Shown here: in pieces, positions 1 to 29,832 of the stretch
How positions within the stretch are numbered: the stretch's first letter is position 1
Layout of the letters: every line of letters starts with the position of its first letter
Program-made: the position numbers and the translations under genes
DNA from: Macrostomum lignano
Lineage: Eukaryota
Assembly: GCA_002269645.1 (NCBI GenBank)
Contig: NIVC01000697.1
Location: 124,001-188,000 of the forward strand
Reading direction: 5' to 3'
DNA length: 64,000 bases
Notes under the pieces: model-generated
The model's input: the letters and a program-made list of their open reading frames with translations, nothing else
What the model was told of the DNA's origin: nothing
The model's database searches: none

Positions 1-408
1 GACTTTGAAACAGACTGGCATATTGGTGTCAGTACAATCTGTAGGTTAGCTGCACCACCTAAACTTGAATTCCACCTCCTATTGGTGAGGCTCTTCAACA
101 GACTGGCTCAGTTGCGTCAGTACAGTCTGTAGGTTAGCTGGACCACCTAAACTTGAATTCCACCTCCTATCTGTGAGGCTCTTAAACAGACTGGATCAGT
201 TGCGTCAGTACAGTCTGTAGGTTAGCTGGACCACCTAAACTTGAATTCCACCTCCTATCTGTGAGGCTCTTCAACAGACTGGCTCAGTTGCGTCAGTGCA
301 GTCTGTAGGTTAGCTGGACCTCCTAAACTCGAATTCCACCCCATCTGTGAGGCTCTAAAACAGACTGGCTCTGTGGCGTCAGTACAGTCTGTAGGTTAGC
401 TGGACCAG
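1..408. repeat. 88-bp minisatellite, block 1 (each unit contains an ACAGACTG...CAGTCTGT stem)
   Basis: ACAGAC recurs at 98, 186 and 274 (period 88). Unit approx. aacagactggctcagttgcgtcagtacagtctgtaggttagctggaccacctaaacttgaattccacctcctatctgtgaggctctt. Confidence 0.95.
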
Positions 409-757
409 TTCAATTAGAATAGGATAAGCCAAATCTGAACACTTTTGCAGCAAGCTCACCACAGTAGATTCAATCTCGTCCGATGACTGAAATGCGATGA
501 GGCAACACGTCTGTCCACCGGACTGACCAGCGTCTCAGGTGCCTCAGCCGACTTCTTAGAAGTGTCCAGACGTGAGGTGTCAGCCTATAGTCGACTTAAT
601 GGCCCTTGGTCTTAAAATCTTGGTCGATATCTTGCTGGAGTTGCTTGCGTCACTCGTCTGCATCAAAGCTGACTTGCCGTCTCCAGACTGGGCCTGTCAA
701 ATTTGGCATTTGTACGAGAATTCAGGATTGACAGTTTACAACTGATATTCCTACTGA

Positions 758-1077
758 GACTTTGAAACAGACTCTGGCATATTGGTGTCAGTACAGTCTG
801 TAGGTTAGCTGGACCTCCTGGACTTGAATTCCACCTCCTATTGGTGAGGCTCTTCAACAGACTGGCTCAGTTGCGTCAGTACAGTCTGTAGGTTAGCTGG
901 ACCTCCTAAACTTGAATTCCACCCCATCTGTGAGGCTCTTCAACAGACTGGCTCAGTTGCGTCAGTACAGTCTGTAGGTTAGCTGGACCTCCTAAACTTG
1001 AATTCCACCCCATCTGTGAGGCTCTAAAACAGACTGGCTCAGTTGCGTCAGTGCAGTCTGTAGGTTAGCTGGACCAG
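758..1077. repeat. 88-bp minisatellite, block 2
   Basis: Same unit as 1-408. Starts with the same variant lead unit (gactttgaaacagact..ggcatattggtgtcagtac) and ends with the same ggttagctggaccag. Confidence 0.95.
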
Positions 1078-2325
1078 CTTAAGTTGTATGTGCACCGATT
1101 TGCTTACCTGGTAGATTTTGCTTTTTGGTCTGGCAGGAAAACATATTTCTGAAATTTCGATTGAGTAGGTTCTTATTGAGGCTCTTTACTAAAGTTAATC
1201 ATTTTTTCATCCTAAAAAACACTTCGTTTTGGTACTTACTGCAATTTCAATGCAATTTTTCAAAAACGTCGTCGAAAACATTTTTCACTGGCTCCCAAGT
1301 ATTGTTAGATCTAAAAGTCGTGTGTTGTTTTATTAGCTACGTAATAATCCAAAGGTTTGGTTTTACTAGAGAATTAGAACGCGAGGAAGTCAATCTTTTA
1401 AATTGAATATTTTCATTTTATGCTTACCTTAGGTATCTAGTCCACTTGATGTAACATCTGTTACTGTTGCACCTCTCCGGGACTCTGTGTGTTATTGGGA
1501 TATCTCCTGCGAGACATTCGTGTCTTCTCGTGTATTGACTATTGACAGTTCAGTTGAATGTTTCAGTCTATCCGAGAAATTAGGTGGTCCATGTAAGCCT
1601 GTTTTAGCTAGACCAAAGGTTTTCACTTTTATAGCTCTGCCCCTCTCTGACTCGTTTAGTCGACGGACTGTCTGTCCCTTGGACTGTTCCTATTGGCTGG
1701 CATTCCCAGTAGGGGTGGTCCGATTTTTACCACCTCTCCGAAATCAGTCCTTAACCAATGCAGCACTAGTCTGTGTGACTGTGTTGTGCGCTTCGAGTTT
1801 CGTTTACATGGACCTCAACAGACGATTTGATGTGCGTGCAACTGTGTTTAGTGGGACCAGGGTAAACTAAAATAAAAAATATCAGACCTTCGCTTTGAGC
1901 TTGGTTTGGTGCTTCCCCACCCCTAAACAGGGCTCTGAGAGCAGAACCTTCTTCTCAAGGCCGAAACTCTCCACCAGGATTATTTCTTATTGTGGTTCGA
2001 CACTTTTATAAATATCAAATATCAAAAGGAATCTAAAAGAAGGAAAATCGAGAGGCCTATAGGATACAATATCCATTTAAACTACTATCAGCAGCTAACG
2101 TGATAAAGGAACCGTCATTCGAATATTTTTCGGGCACAAAACCTTGGGAAGGCTTTGAAGAAAGCTCAACAAAGCCGTGTGTGCCTAATTTAAGATCACG
2201 GAAATTAAATGTATTACTTTTTTTGGCGTAAAAGATGTTGTAAAAAGGTAAATTGCCAACAGACTGAAACAGACTGAAACAGACTGCAACAGACAAATTC
2301 AGAAATTTTCATTGACAATTTTTGT

Positions 2326-2544
2326 TTAGCTGGACCTTTCAGACCCGGTTTAGGTGGACATCGCAAAAAGTCCATGTAAACTGAAATGCATTTTTTTCTG
2401 CCGATGAATGTTGCGCTTTGCGGCACTCATTCCTGACATCCATTGCTCTGTTTTGTGGTCCTTATAAACCACTCAACGTTGTCTGGAGCAAAAATATTCG
2501 GTGGTCCACCTACGCTGTCCACCTAAACCGAAAGGTCCAGCTAA
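2326..2544. mobile_element. Small inverted-repeat (MITE-like) element
   Basis: ttagctggacctttc(agaccc)ggtttaggtggaca at 2326-2360 is the reverse complement of tgtccacctaaaccgaaaggtccagctaa at 2516-2544, apart from a 6-nt insertion. No TSD identified. Confidence 0.5.
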
Positions 2545-2593
2545 TGCGGCAACTGAACCGACGAAAGGTCCAAGTAAACACACAGACAGTAAC

Positions 2594-2845
<252 letters not shown>

Positions 2846-3171
2846 AAACAGACAGATAGAGAGATGGAGAAAAGTGAAGCTCTAAGAGTTTAAAGTGCAA
2901 GATCAATTTGGCCGAGCCACTCAGGCCTGCTAAGCTAAGCACTTCAACAATTGGTGGGAGAGGTTGCTTAGAGCAGTCTGCGTGCCCCTCGCCCTGCAGC
3001 CGCTTGAATGTTCGAGAGGATTTGTTGAGTGGTTTGGCGCCCCGACTCTCGACTCGTCTCTCAGTTGCTAACTGGGTGGCCATCGCTTTTACTGGGTTGG
3101 CGATTCCGGGCTGAGGTCAGTGCAATGCGTGCGCAGTAGGCATAGAAGTTTTAAAGTATAAATCGACTTTT

Positions 3172-4327
3172 CCATCTGACTCTCCCTCACCCTTCTCCCT
3201 TTTCCCTGTCCATCTGATCTCCCTCTGACTTCCCTCGTCTCCCTCCCCATCTGACTCTCCCTCTGACTTCCCTCGTCTCCCTCCCCATCTGACTCTCCCT
3301 CTGACTTCCCTCGTCTCCCTCCCCATCTGACTCTCCCTCTGACTTCCCTCGTCTCCCTCCCCATCTGACTCTCCCTCTGACTTCCCTCGTCTCCCTCCCA
3401 ATCTGACTCTCCCTCTGACTTCTCTCATCTCCCTCCCCATCTGACTCTCCCTCTGACGTCCCTCATCTCCCTCCCCATCTGACTCTCCCTCTGACTTCTC
3501 TCATCTCCCTCCCCATCTGACTCTCCCTCTGACTTCTCTCATCTCCCTCCCCATCTGACTCTCCCTCTGACGTCCCTCATCTCCCTCCCCATCTGACTCT
3601 CCCTCTGACTTCTCTCATCTCCCTCCCCATCTGACTCTCCCTCTGACTTCTCTCATCTCCCTCCCCATCTGACTCTCCCTCTGACTTCCCTCATCTCCCT
3701 CCCCATCTGACTCTCCCTCTGACTTCCCTCGTCTCCCTCCCCATCTGACTCTCCCTCTGACTTCTCTCATCTCCCTCCCCATCTGACTCTCCCTCTGACT
3801 TCTCTCATCTCCCTCCCCATCTGACTCTCCCTCTGACTTCCCTCGTCTCCCTCCCAATCTGACTCTCCCTCTGACTTCTCTCATCTCCCTCCCCATCTGA
3901 CTCTCCCTCTGACTTCTCTCATCTCCCTCCCAATCTGACTCTCCCTCTGACTTCCCTCATCTCCCTGCCCATCTGACTCTCTCTCTGACTTCCCTCGTCT
4001 CCCTCCCCATCTGACTCTCCCTCTGACTTCTCTCATCTCCCTCCCAATCTGACTCTCCCTCTGACTTCTCTCATCTCCCTCCCAATCTGACTCTCCCTCT
4101 GACTTCTCTCATCTCCCTCCCCATCTGACTCTCCCTCTGACTTCTCTCATCTCCCTCCCAATCTGACTCTCCCTCTGACTTCTCTCATCTCCCTCCCAAT
4201 CTGACTCTCCCTCTGACTTCTCTCATCTCCCTCCCAATCTGACTCTCCCTCTGACTTCTCTCATCTCCCTCCCAATCTGACTCTCCCTCTGACTTCTCTC
4301 ATCTCCCTCCCCGTCTGACTCTCCCTC
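3172..4327. repeat. 38-bp pyrimidine-rich minisatellite
   Basis: Unit ccatctgactctccctctgacttctctcatctccctcc; catctga at 3438 and 3476. Confidence 0.97.
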
Positions 4328-4724
4328 AGCCGGAGGTACGGAGCAAATAAAACTGGTGAACAGAAAGCCAGGAGATAGACTGATGGAGTTGTTAATTATT
4401 CCAACTTGGCTTGCCGCACTCAAAATAAAAAAAACTAACGAACTTCCACGATGCATTCGCTTTGCTATTGGGTCATGCCATCGTACTGGGCGACCTCTGC
4501 TAGCCAATTTGCTAGTAGCAAGATTATAGCTAGAGAAGATTTTGTCAAAGTTGGCCCTCCCTCATCTCGATATGATATGCGCCTCTCCCAATTTTCTGTG
4601 CTCGTCAGCTGTTCGCTCATACCCAATTATCTTGTTGTCCCGTCATTTGCCTCTCTCTTCTCATGGCGCTGTGTTTCACTATTGTATCTGCCACATATCA
4701 TCTTGTGTCTCACCCTGCTTTAAA

Positions 4725-5036
4725 CTGTCCTTTCCATCCCCCCTTTTTCCTCTCTGCCTTTCTCTCCCCGCTTCTTCCCCGCCTCTCCCTCCCCGCCTCT
4801 CCCTCCCCGCCTCTCCCTCTCCGCCTCTCCTTCTGTATTTCCCTCCCCGCTTCTCCCTCCCCGCCTCTCCCTCCCCGCCTCTCCTTCTGTATTTCCCTCT
4901 CCCTTTTCCCTCTCCCTCTCCCCCTCCCCCTGCCTCTCCCTCTCCCTTTCCCTCTCACTCTCCCCCTCCCCCTGCCTCTCCCTCTCCCTTTCCCTCTCAC
5001 TCTCCCTCTCCCCTTTTTCTCTCTCCCTCTTCCCCT
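4725..5036. repeat. CT-rich low-complexity tract
   Basis: Direct reading. Confidence 0.9.
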
Positions 5037-5093
5037 GTGCTTGCAAACGTGTAAAGACACTTGCCCCATCAACCCCAATATTTTATTCTTTAC

Positions 5094-5177
5094 AGGTTCC
5101 CCCATCGTCTCAACTTCACTTTGAATTCGCGTATATTCCTCACTCTCCCCTGTGTCTGGCATCCTGTCCACACGAGA
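5094..5177 (-). CDS. Candidate downstream exon (SRVDRMPDTGESEEYTRIQSEVETMGEP), possibly of the spectrin-like gene
   Basis: Acceptor ctttttggctag, donor gtaaag, 84 nt open in phase 0-0. Connection to other exons not established. Confidence 0.3.
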
Positions 5178-5470
5178 CTAGCCAAAAAGATAATTGCCAC
5201 AATGTAAGCCGCATTTTTTAAACTCTAAAATGTTTATCTTGCACTGAAAAACTTTCCATAGCCAACCATTAAATTGTCCGGGAGGGGCTGAGGGGTTGCC
5301 AGACAGCCAGCGCGGACACAGCTCTGCCCCCCTCCCCGCCCAGATCAGCATTCCCGCACACATGGCCGGGCAGCTATGCGAGCGTGGAACCATCGATCAA
5401 TCGTTTTTTGTTCTTCTCCATCTCTCTCGGTGTCTCTCTGTCTAATGCCTTCATTCACGATTCGCACTCG

Positions 5471-5769
<299 letters not shown>

Positions 5770-6507
5770 CAAGGAGCAACAATCTCCATCAACAAGTTGC
5801 ACTGTGGGGGGGCAGTTCATCTCAGTCCAACGCAACGAGTTCTGGCCAATTTTATGCAAATAGTCCCAATTCTTCACATTCGTTCCGATGAGATTTCCAA
5901 TTGGTTTTCGACGTTCTCTCTTTTAGAATGAGTGAGCGGTGAGTGAGAGTGATCGACGCAGTCGGAACGGGAAACTAAAAAAAAGTGAAATGGGAAAATT
6001 TGAATTGGGCCCCAACCGACTGCCAAAAACTCCCTGGAGAGAGGGAGGGCCGGGGAGAGTCTCGGCGTTCTCAAACAGACAGAAGATAGAATGAGAGGGG
6101 GGAAAACGCATACAAGATGAAGTAGAGAAGCTGATTGGGATGCGAGCATAGGACTCGAAGGCAAGAGACTCGAAGGCAAGACGGGAAAGAAATGAGAAGA
6201 ATTAGAACTAGGAGAGAGAGAGAGAGATGGATTTGGAAAGAGCGGAGTACACACGCTTTGGAGGGCCGGATGCGGCCGCGGGGCTCTGAGGATCTGCTGC
6301 GGGAATATCCTGGGGGAGCGGTGCACTACCGATGTTGGGGGCACGAGCGAGCTGCGCCCATGCAGTGAGCTGCGGAAGGCATGAACTTGTTGAACTCCGG
6401 CTGCACGGTACGGATTAACAGAGGGTCTCGTAGCTTCTTTCAAGGATTTTGCCGATTTTGCCGAGCGTAGAGTGCACACGCCTTAGAGAGTCAGGGTCGC
6501 TTTACAC

Positions 6508-6595
6508 CCTGTGGGATCGTGTGCATGGCCAGCTGTCGCCTTGATCTGCCGCTGTGCCCGAAGCCGCCATTCATACCAACTAACACAGCGAACTT
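6508..6595 (-). CDS. Candidate exon following 10792 (EVRCVSWYEWRLRAQRQIKATAGHAHDPTG)
   Basis: Acceptor ctatctgatag in phase 1 matches the phase-1 end of exon 10792-10942. The donor is weak, so the 3' boundary is uncertain. Confidence 0.3.
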
Positions 6596-7046
6596 CTATC
6601 AGATAGACTCGTGAAGAGCCAGATAAATGTTAGATTTTTTAAATCTCAATCAAACCAACAAAAACTTTTATAGAATTTTACTATGCTAAGAGATACAACT
6701 CGGCAGTAAAATAAGATCCCATAGTGTATCCCATACCTAAGCGAGCCCAGGGAGGGTAGGGGGGGGGTTAAATTGATTTACAACTTTTCCCTCGCACCGG
6801 AGCAGAAGGCTCACTAAAGTTTTTCGTCTTTTTGCAGCAATTTTTACCATGCCAATTTGTGGCGGGCTAGATGAGGCACCTTGAAAAAGTTCACTATTTT
6901 TTATAATGTAATCATTTTTAAAGTTTAATAAGTGCTGCCGAACTGGATGAAAGAAAATTTTAATCGGGAATTTTTAAGCTAGGATTCGAGGGCGTTGTAA
7001 TGCAAAATTATTAATTGTAATAAGAAAAATTGACCTCCTCCTTACA

Positions 7047-8545
7047 CTCTGCCTTTCCCTCTCTGCCTTTCCCTCTCTGCCTTTCCCTCTCTGCCTTTCC
7101 CTCTCTGCCTTTCCCTCTCTGCCTTTCCCTCTCTGCCTTTCCCTCTCTGCCCTTCCCTCTCTGCCTTTCCCTCTCTGCCTTTCCCTCTCTGCCTTTCCCT
7201 CTCTGCCTTTCCCTCTCTGCCTTTCCCTCTCTGCCTTTCCCTCTCTGCCTTTCCCTCTCTGCCTTTCCCTCTCTGCCTTTCCCTCTCTGCCTTTCCCTCT
7301 CTGCCTTTCCCTCTCTGCCTTTCCCTCTCTGCCTTTCCCTCTCTGCCTTTCCCTCTCTGCCTTTCCCTCTCTGCCTTTCCCTCTCTGCCTTTCCCTCTCT
7401 GCCTTTCCCTCTCTGCCTTTCTCTCTCTGCCTTTCCCTCTCTGCCTTTCCCTCTCTGCCTTTCTCTCTCTGCCTTTCCCTCTCTGCCTTTCCCTCTCTGC
7501 CTTTCCCTCTCTGCCTTTCCCTCTCTGCCTTTCCCTCTCTGCCTTTCCCTCTCTGCCTTTCCCTCTCTGCCTTTCCCTCTCTGCCTTTCCCTCTCTGCCT
7601 TTCCCTTTCTGCCTTTCCCTCTCTGCCTTTCCCTCTCTGCCTTTCCCTCTCTGCCTTTCTCTCTCTGCCTTTCCCTCTCTGCCTTTCCCTCTCTGCCTTT
7701 CCCTCTCTGCCTTTCCCTCTCTGCCTTTCCCTCTCTGCCTTTCCCTCTCTGCCTTTCCCTCTCTGCCTTTCCCTCTCTGCCTTTCCCTCTCTGCCTTTCC
7801 CTCTCTGCCTTTCCCTCTCTGCCTTTCCCTCTCTGCCTTTCCCTCTCTGCCTTTCCCTCTCTGCCTTTCCCTCTCTGCCTTTCCCTCTCTGCCTTTCCCT
7901 CTCTGCCTTTCCCTCTCTGCCTTTCCCTCTCTGCCTTTCCCTCTCTGCCTTTCCCTCTCTGCCTTTCTCTCTCTGCCTTTCCCTCTCTGCCTTTCCCTCT
8001 CTGCCCTTCCCTCTCTGCCCTTCCCTCTCTGCCCTTCCCTCTCTGCCTTTCCCTCTCTGCCTTTCTCTCTCTGCCTTTCCCTCTCTGCCTTTCCCTCTCT
8101 GCCTTTCCCTCTCTGCCTTTCCCTCTCTGCCTTTCCCTCTCTGCCTTTCCCTCTCTGCCTTTCCCTCTCTGCCTTTCCCTTTCTGCCTTTCCCTCTCTGC
8201 CTTTCCCTCTCTGCCTTTCCCTCTCTGCCTTTCCCTCTCTGCCTTTCCCTCTCTGCCTTTCTCTCTCTGCCTTTCTCTCTCTGCCTTTCCCTCTCTGCCT
8301 TTCCCTCTCTGCCTTTCCCTCTCTGCCTTTCCCTCTCTGCCTTTCCCTCTCTGCCTTTCCCTCTCTGCCTTTCCCTCTCTGCCTTTCCCTCTCTGCCTTT
8401 CCCTCTCTGCCTTTCCCTCTCTGCCTTTCCCTCTCTGCCTTTCCCTCTCTGCCTTTCTCTCTCTGCCTTTCCCTCTCTGCCTTTCCTTCTCTGGCTTTCC
8501 CTCTTTGCCTTTCCCTTTCTGCCTTTCCCTCGCTCTGTTTCCCTG
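7047..8545. repeat. 14-bp minisatellite (GCCTTTCCCTCTCT)n, about 1.5 kb
   Basis: Period 14 (g at 7093 and 7107). Explains the 500-aa spurious ORFs. Confidence 0.99.
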
Positions 8546-9504
8546 TCTCCCTTTACCATTTTCTCCTCTCTCCATTGTGGATAAGTAGGTTGCTTCATAA
8601 TATTATATGGTTTAAATAACTAGGCGACCCTTGTAATTCTAAAATACAAACGTTTTAAAGGTCTGAAGCTCCGTTTCCATTCCAGATTTTTAAGTTGAGG
8701 CGTCCATGGCTCACCCCCTTTGCAGCCAGCCGCAGAAGGTCGTAAATTATTCTTCATAAAGTTTTCTCAAAGAAATCGCTTTTTGACATTAATTGCGGCT
8801 ACAGAGGGCATGAGAGATGACAAAGTAAGTGAGGTGGGCTGGCTGGTAGATAAACTTGCTAGCCGGGGTCCATGCGGGCTCATTTATCTCGGATTGCAGT
8901 TGAGTTACTACAGAAAATTCTGCTTAGTTTATTTCCCCCAAAAGCAGAAGCCCCGAAGCAGATAAAAACCAGCCCAGCTAACAACCGGAAATTGAAGCTG
9001 TTTTTAGAATTTGATGACAACGGGACCAGAACAGACATGACAGCAGCAGCAGAAACAACAGAAACAGTTTATTTGAAATTGCTGTTCTGCACACGCGATG
9101 AAAACACTAACTGAGTAAGGAAGGAAGACGACAATTTTGTTGCTTTGGAAACAGAAATTTAATGTAGTTTTTTTAAAAACTAAATTGGACCACATTCCCC
9201 GTTGCTGACATATTGCAACATAAAATTTACAATATCCTGAACGGAGCTTGCTATTGAGACTACTGCACTGCAGTAGTATTCAATGAGTTATCTAAACTTG
9301 GAATCACAGAAAAATTCTTAAGATTTATTTAAAAAGCTTTATTAGCTACTTAGAGAAACTGAGGAAATTAGCGGTCACTATCACACTGTGAAGGGAAACA
9401 TAGAATATTAAACACTTTTTTAACTACCCCGATGTTTGATCAAAGGAGACACCAAAAACCCATAAAATGTCAGTAAATTTCTCTTAGAAAACTTGCAACG
9501 ATTA

Positions 9505-10590
9505 TAAAAACCCCAGAAACTCACAGAAACTTCTAGAAACAATTAGAAAGTCATAAAACAATTTAAAACCCACAGAAACTTCTAGAAACAGTTATAAACT
9601 CACAGAACAATTTGAAACTCACAGAACAATTAGAAACTCACAGAAACTCACAGAAACTCACAGAAACAGTAAAAAACTCACAGAAACTCACAGAAACAAT
9701 TAGAAACTCACAGAACAATTAGAAACTCACAGAACAATTAGAAACTCACAGAACAATTAGAAACTCACAGAAACTCACATAAACTCACAGAAACTCACAG
9801 AAACAATTATAAACTCACAGAAACAATTATAAACTCACAGAAATAATTATATAAACTCACAGAAACAATTATAAACCCACAGAAACAATTAGAAAGTCAT
9901 AAAACAATTTAAAACCCACAGAAACTTCTAGAAACAATTATAAACTCACAGAACAATTTGAAACTCACAGAACAATTAGAAACTCACAGAACAATTTGAA
10001 ACTCACAGAACAATTAGAAACTCACAGAAACTCACAGAAACAGTAAAAAACTCACAGAAACTCACAGAAACAGTTAGAAACTCACAGAACAATTAGAAAC
10101 TCACAGAACAATTAGAAAATCACAGAACAATTAGAAACTCACAGAAACTCACAGAAACTCACAGAAACAATTATAAACTCACAGAAACAATTATAAACTC
10201 ACAGAAACAATTATAAACTCACAGAAACAATTATTAACTCACAGAAACAATTATATAAACTCACAGAAACAATTATAAACCCACAGAAACAATTATAAAC
10301 TCACAGAAACAATTATAAACTCACAGAAACAATTATAAACTCACAGAAACAATTATAAACTCACAGAAACAATTATAAACTCACAGAAACAATTATAAAC
10401 TCACAGAAACAATTATAAACTCACAGAAACAATTATAAACTCACAGAAACAATTATAAACTCACAGAAACAATTATAAACTCACAGAACAATTAGAAACT
10501 CACAGAAACAATTAGAAACTTACAGAAACTCACAGAAACTCACAGAAACTCTCAGAAACTCACAGAAACTCACAGAAAAAGAGCCACAGA
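9505..10590. repeat. Mixed 10/20-bp minisatellite (agaaactcac / aaactcacagaaacaattat)
   Basis: Direct reading. Confidence 0.95.
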
Positions 10591-10791
10591 AAGGTGCTCA
10601 AGTTCAAGGACTCTGACTCTATCACAATTTAATTGAATTTTTGTGTAACTGAGGACCTTAATCTTGAACCAGACAAAAGCTTGACACTATTTTTTCCTAG
10701 AAAAGTCTTCATGCTGAGATTATTGAATATATCGTCTTAGCACAGGGGAAATTGCTTGCTTTCGATGTTTCAGCAACCAGAGCTGTCTCAC

Positions 10792-26625
<15,834 letters not shown>

Positions 26626-26942
26626 CTGAAGATTCTAACAAAGCAGGGTGCAGATTTGCTTTTAATAGCTTCCAAAATTCAATAAAGTATCTGCAGTACT
26701 GCAATAAAAAAATTACAGCAGGCATGCAATCCTCGCCTTTGTTCTGAGCATTCTTTCTAGGCCTCTCTGCCCCCCCCCCAATTAGCCTCTGGCGTGCCTG
26801 ACAAAGAAAAGGAGAGGGTAGAGAGAGGAGAAGCGATGGAGAGAAAGAGAGTGACCGCTGTCTCCACAGTTATCCCCTTGTCCTAGGCTGCAGACACGGC
26901 GGAGTTCTGCTTGCTTGGCCAAAGCGAGACGGAGAAAGAGAG

Positions 26943-26981
<39 letters not shown>

Positions 26982-27422
26982 AGCCCCCTTATTTTCACTC
27001 GCCCTCATGCCTATAAGACCAAAGAACTTCTTGTTGCCGAATGCTTGAGTAAAAGTGCTCACAGCTCCGACTCTGGCTTGTTGTCCGCGGGGGTGTGGAG
27101 CACATTGTGGAGCACAAGGCACCCAGCTCATGGCAGCCATCCATTGATCCATGTCTGCTGTTTAGTCAAATTTTTGCTACCTGTAAGCTGCAGATTTTTT
27201 TCTAGTGTTTACCAAGCTAATTGCCGCGAGGTCCATTATAAGGCTGGTGACTAATGAGCCCTCCAGTGAGGCTGCCGATGCTGGCACCGTGAATTATGCA
27301 CAATGGATAGGCATGGCTTTCAGGTCGAGTGAACTGGATGCTAAAATTCACCAAGCGGACACTTTTTTGAGACCGAAACTAATGGCTCTAGACACGGAAT
27401 TTTTTGTAGGGAAATTGACTGC

Positions 27423-27896
<474 letters not shown>

Positions 27897-28023
27897 AGCA
27901 ATACTTACCCCATTTAAATAGGTGATTTTCGAGCTGAGAAATGAGGACAGCTTGGAGGTGAACATGTCGCTCGCACCAGACTTAGCAGTCGCAGCTTCTC
28001 AGGCAGAGCCGGCATCAAGGACC

Positions 28024-28235
28024 CTGGATGGCATGTGTATTTCGGCGCTGCCGCTCTAATTCGCTTCTCAGGCTTCTCCACGCGGTCCTTAATTCGAGCG
28101 GCAAGACAAGGGCGCCGCTGACGCCTATAAAAGTCGATAATTTGGGTGGAGCAGAGGAAGCAGAAGGCGGTTTGGCGGCGGCGACTCTGCGCACAAGGTG
28201 CCCCAGGAACGATGGGGCCGCCTCTTTATCAATTC
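28024..28235 (-). CDS. Candidate upstream exon of the spectrin-like gene (...LPLELRTAWRSLRSELERQRRNTHAIQ)
   Basis: Open frame after acceptor aataacag with a spectrin-like helix C motif. The donor is weak and the frame hits TGA soon after. Confidence 0.35.
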
Positions 28236-29187
28236 CTGTTATTCAAGCCGGCTGAGCGGGCAGGCAGGACAGAGGCCGGGCTGGGTGAGGCGGCACGGAG
28301 TAGCGAACTCTGCTGTGTGTTGGGGGGGGGGGCGCAGTGGGGGCAAACGAGAATTAGCCAGAGCTGGAGAAGGTGGATGAGGGGTCAGAGGCGCAGGAAT
28401 TCGAGAATCGGGGATCGAGACGGGGACTATTGGATGCGTGTGGGTTGGGGCAGTTCACGGAGACGCCAGGGCGAGAGCGGCAGATAGAAAGCAACACGCA
28501 GGCCTCGGAAGCAGATCGCCAACAAGTTCTAGCGGCTCAGCGGCAAGACCGAGAGGATGGAGAAGAGCAAAGACCCAGCCAGCGGGCGGGTATTTCCCAC
28601 GGGATTGCTGCTTTAAAAAGCAGAGTTCTATAGTCCTGCTAGGGCCTCAGCCTCCCGTGGTCTCTCTCTCTCTCTCTCACCCGGCTTTCTCCTTGACCAA
28701 CCGCGTGTGAATGAGGTGAGGGGGAGAGCAAAGGAGAGGGCGAGAGACGCATAGGTGGGCGATCAGCAGCCATCCACTGAAAGAGATTTTCGACGGCTGT
28801 GACAGGGGGAAATCGGGGAAATCTTATCGTGAATAAGCTCATTCTACAGTAGTTGCCGGGAAGGCTGGGTGGGCGGGCGAATCTTCCACTCCTCCACCTC
28901 ATTGCCGGCGAATTCCCATTAGATTGCCGTCGCTCTAAATAATTTTCTGTTGCCATGCAAAGCCTGCGACAAGTGATATTTTTTTCATTTCGTAAAAAAA
29001 GCTTAGAGGAGGCTACTTAAAACCTTGCATGGGATTATCTTTTTTGCGTTGACTGATGGGCTTATGGCTTTAAAAACAGCTGATCGAAAGCGGAACTTCA
29101 TCTTTTTTATTAAAACTTTTTAGGGTGTGAGAGCAGGGAGCTGCGTTTTTCTACTAATCTGTCCAACAAGAGAGGGATTTGAATACA

Positions 29188-29832
29188 TTGCTAATCTATC
29201 TGACAGGTGAGGGGAGTACGAGTAGAATGCATTGCTAATCTATCTGACAGGTGAGGGAGTAGAATGCATTGCTAATCTATCTGACAGGTGAGGGAGTAGA
29301 ATGCATTGCTAATCTATCTGACAGGTGAGGGAGTAGAATGCATTGCTAATCTATCTGACAGGTGAGGGAGTAGAATGCATTGCTAATCTATCTGACAGGT
29401 GAGGGAGTAGAATGCATTGCTAATCTATCTGACAGGTGAGGGAGTAGAATGCATTGCTAATCTATCTGACAGGTGAGGGAGTAGAATGCATTGCTAATCT
29501 ATCTGACAGGTGAGGGAGTAGAATGCATTGCTAATCTATCTGACAGGTGAGGGAGTAGAATGCATTGCCAATCTATCTGACAGGTGAGGGAATAGAATGC
29601 ATTGCTAATCTATCTGACAGGTGAGGGAGTAGAATGCATTGCTAATCTATCTGACAGGTGAGGGAGTAGAATGCATTGCTAATCTATCTGACAGGTGAGG
29701 GAGTAGAATGCATTGCTAATCTATCTGACAGGTGAGGGAGTAGAATGCATTGCCAATCTATCTGACAGGTGAGGGAATAGAATGCATTGCTAATCTATCT
29801 GACAGGTGAGGGAGTAGAATGCATTGCTAATA
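29188..29832. repeat. 37-bp minisatellite (gcattgctaatctatctgacaggtgagggagtagaat), about 17 copies
   Basis: Direct reading. Confidence 0.97.

Noticed and set aside
1-1077. CRISPR-like repeat array
   Set aside because: Units are directly tandem with no unique spacers, there are no cas genes, and the context is eukaryotic.
6974-8619. 500-aa ORFs on both strands, and similar long ORFs at 38551, 43118, 45291, 51044, 53461 and 58949
   Set aside because: They are translations of perfect tandem repeats lying in introns or intergenic DNA, open in several frames only because the unit lacks stops.
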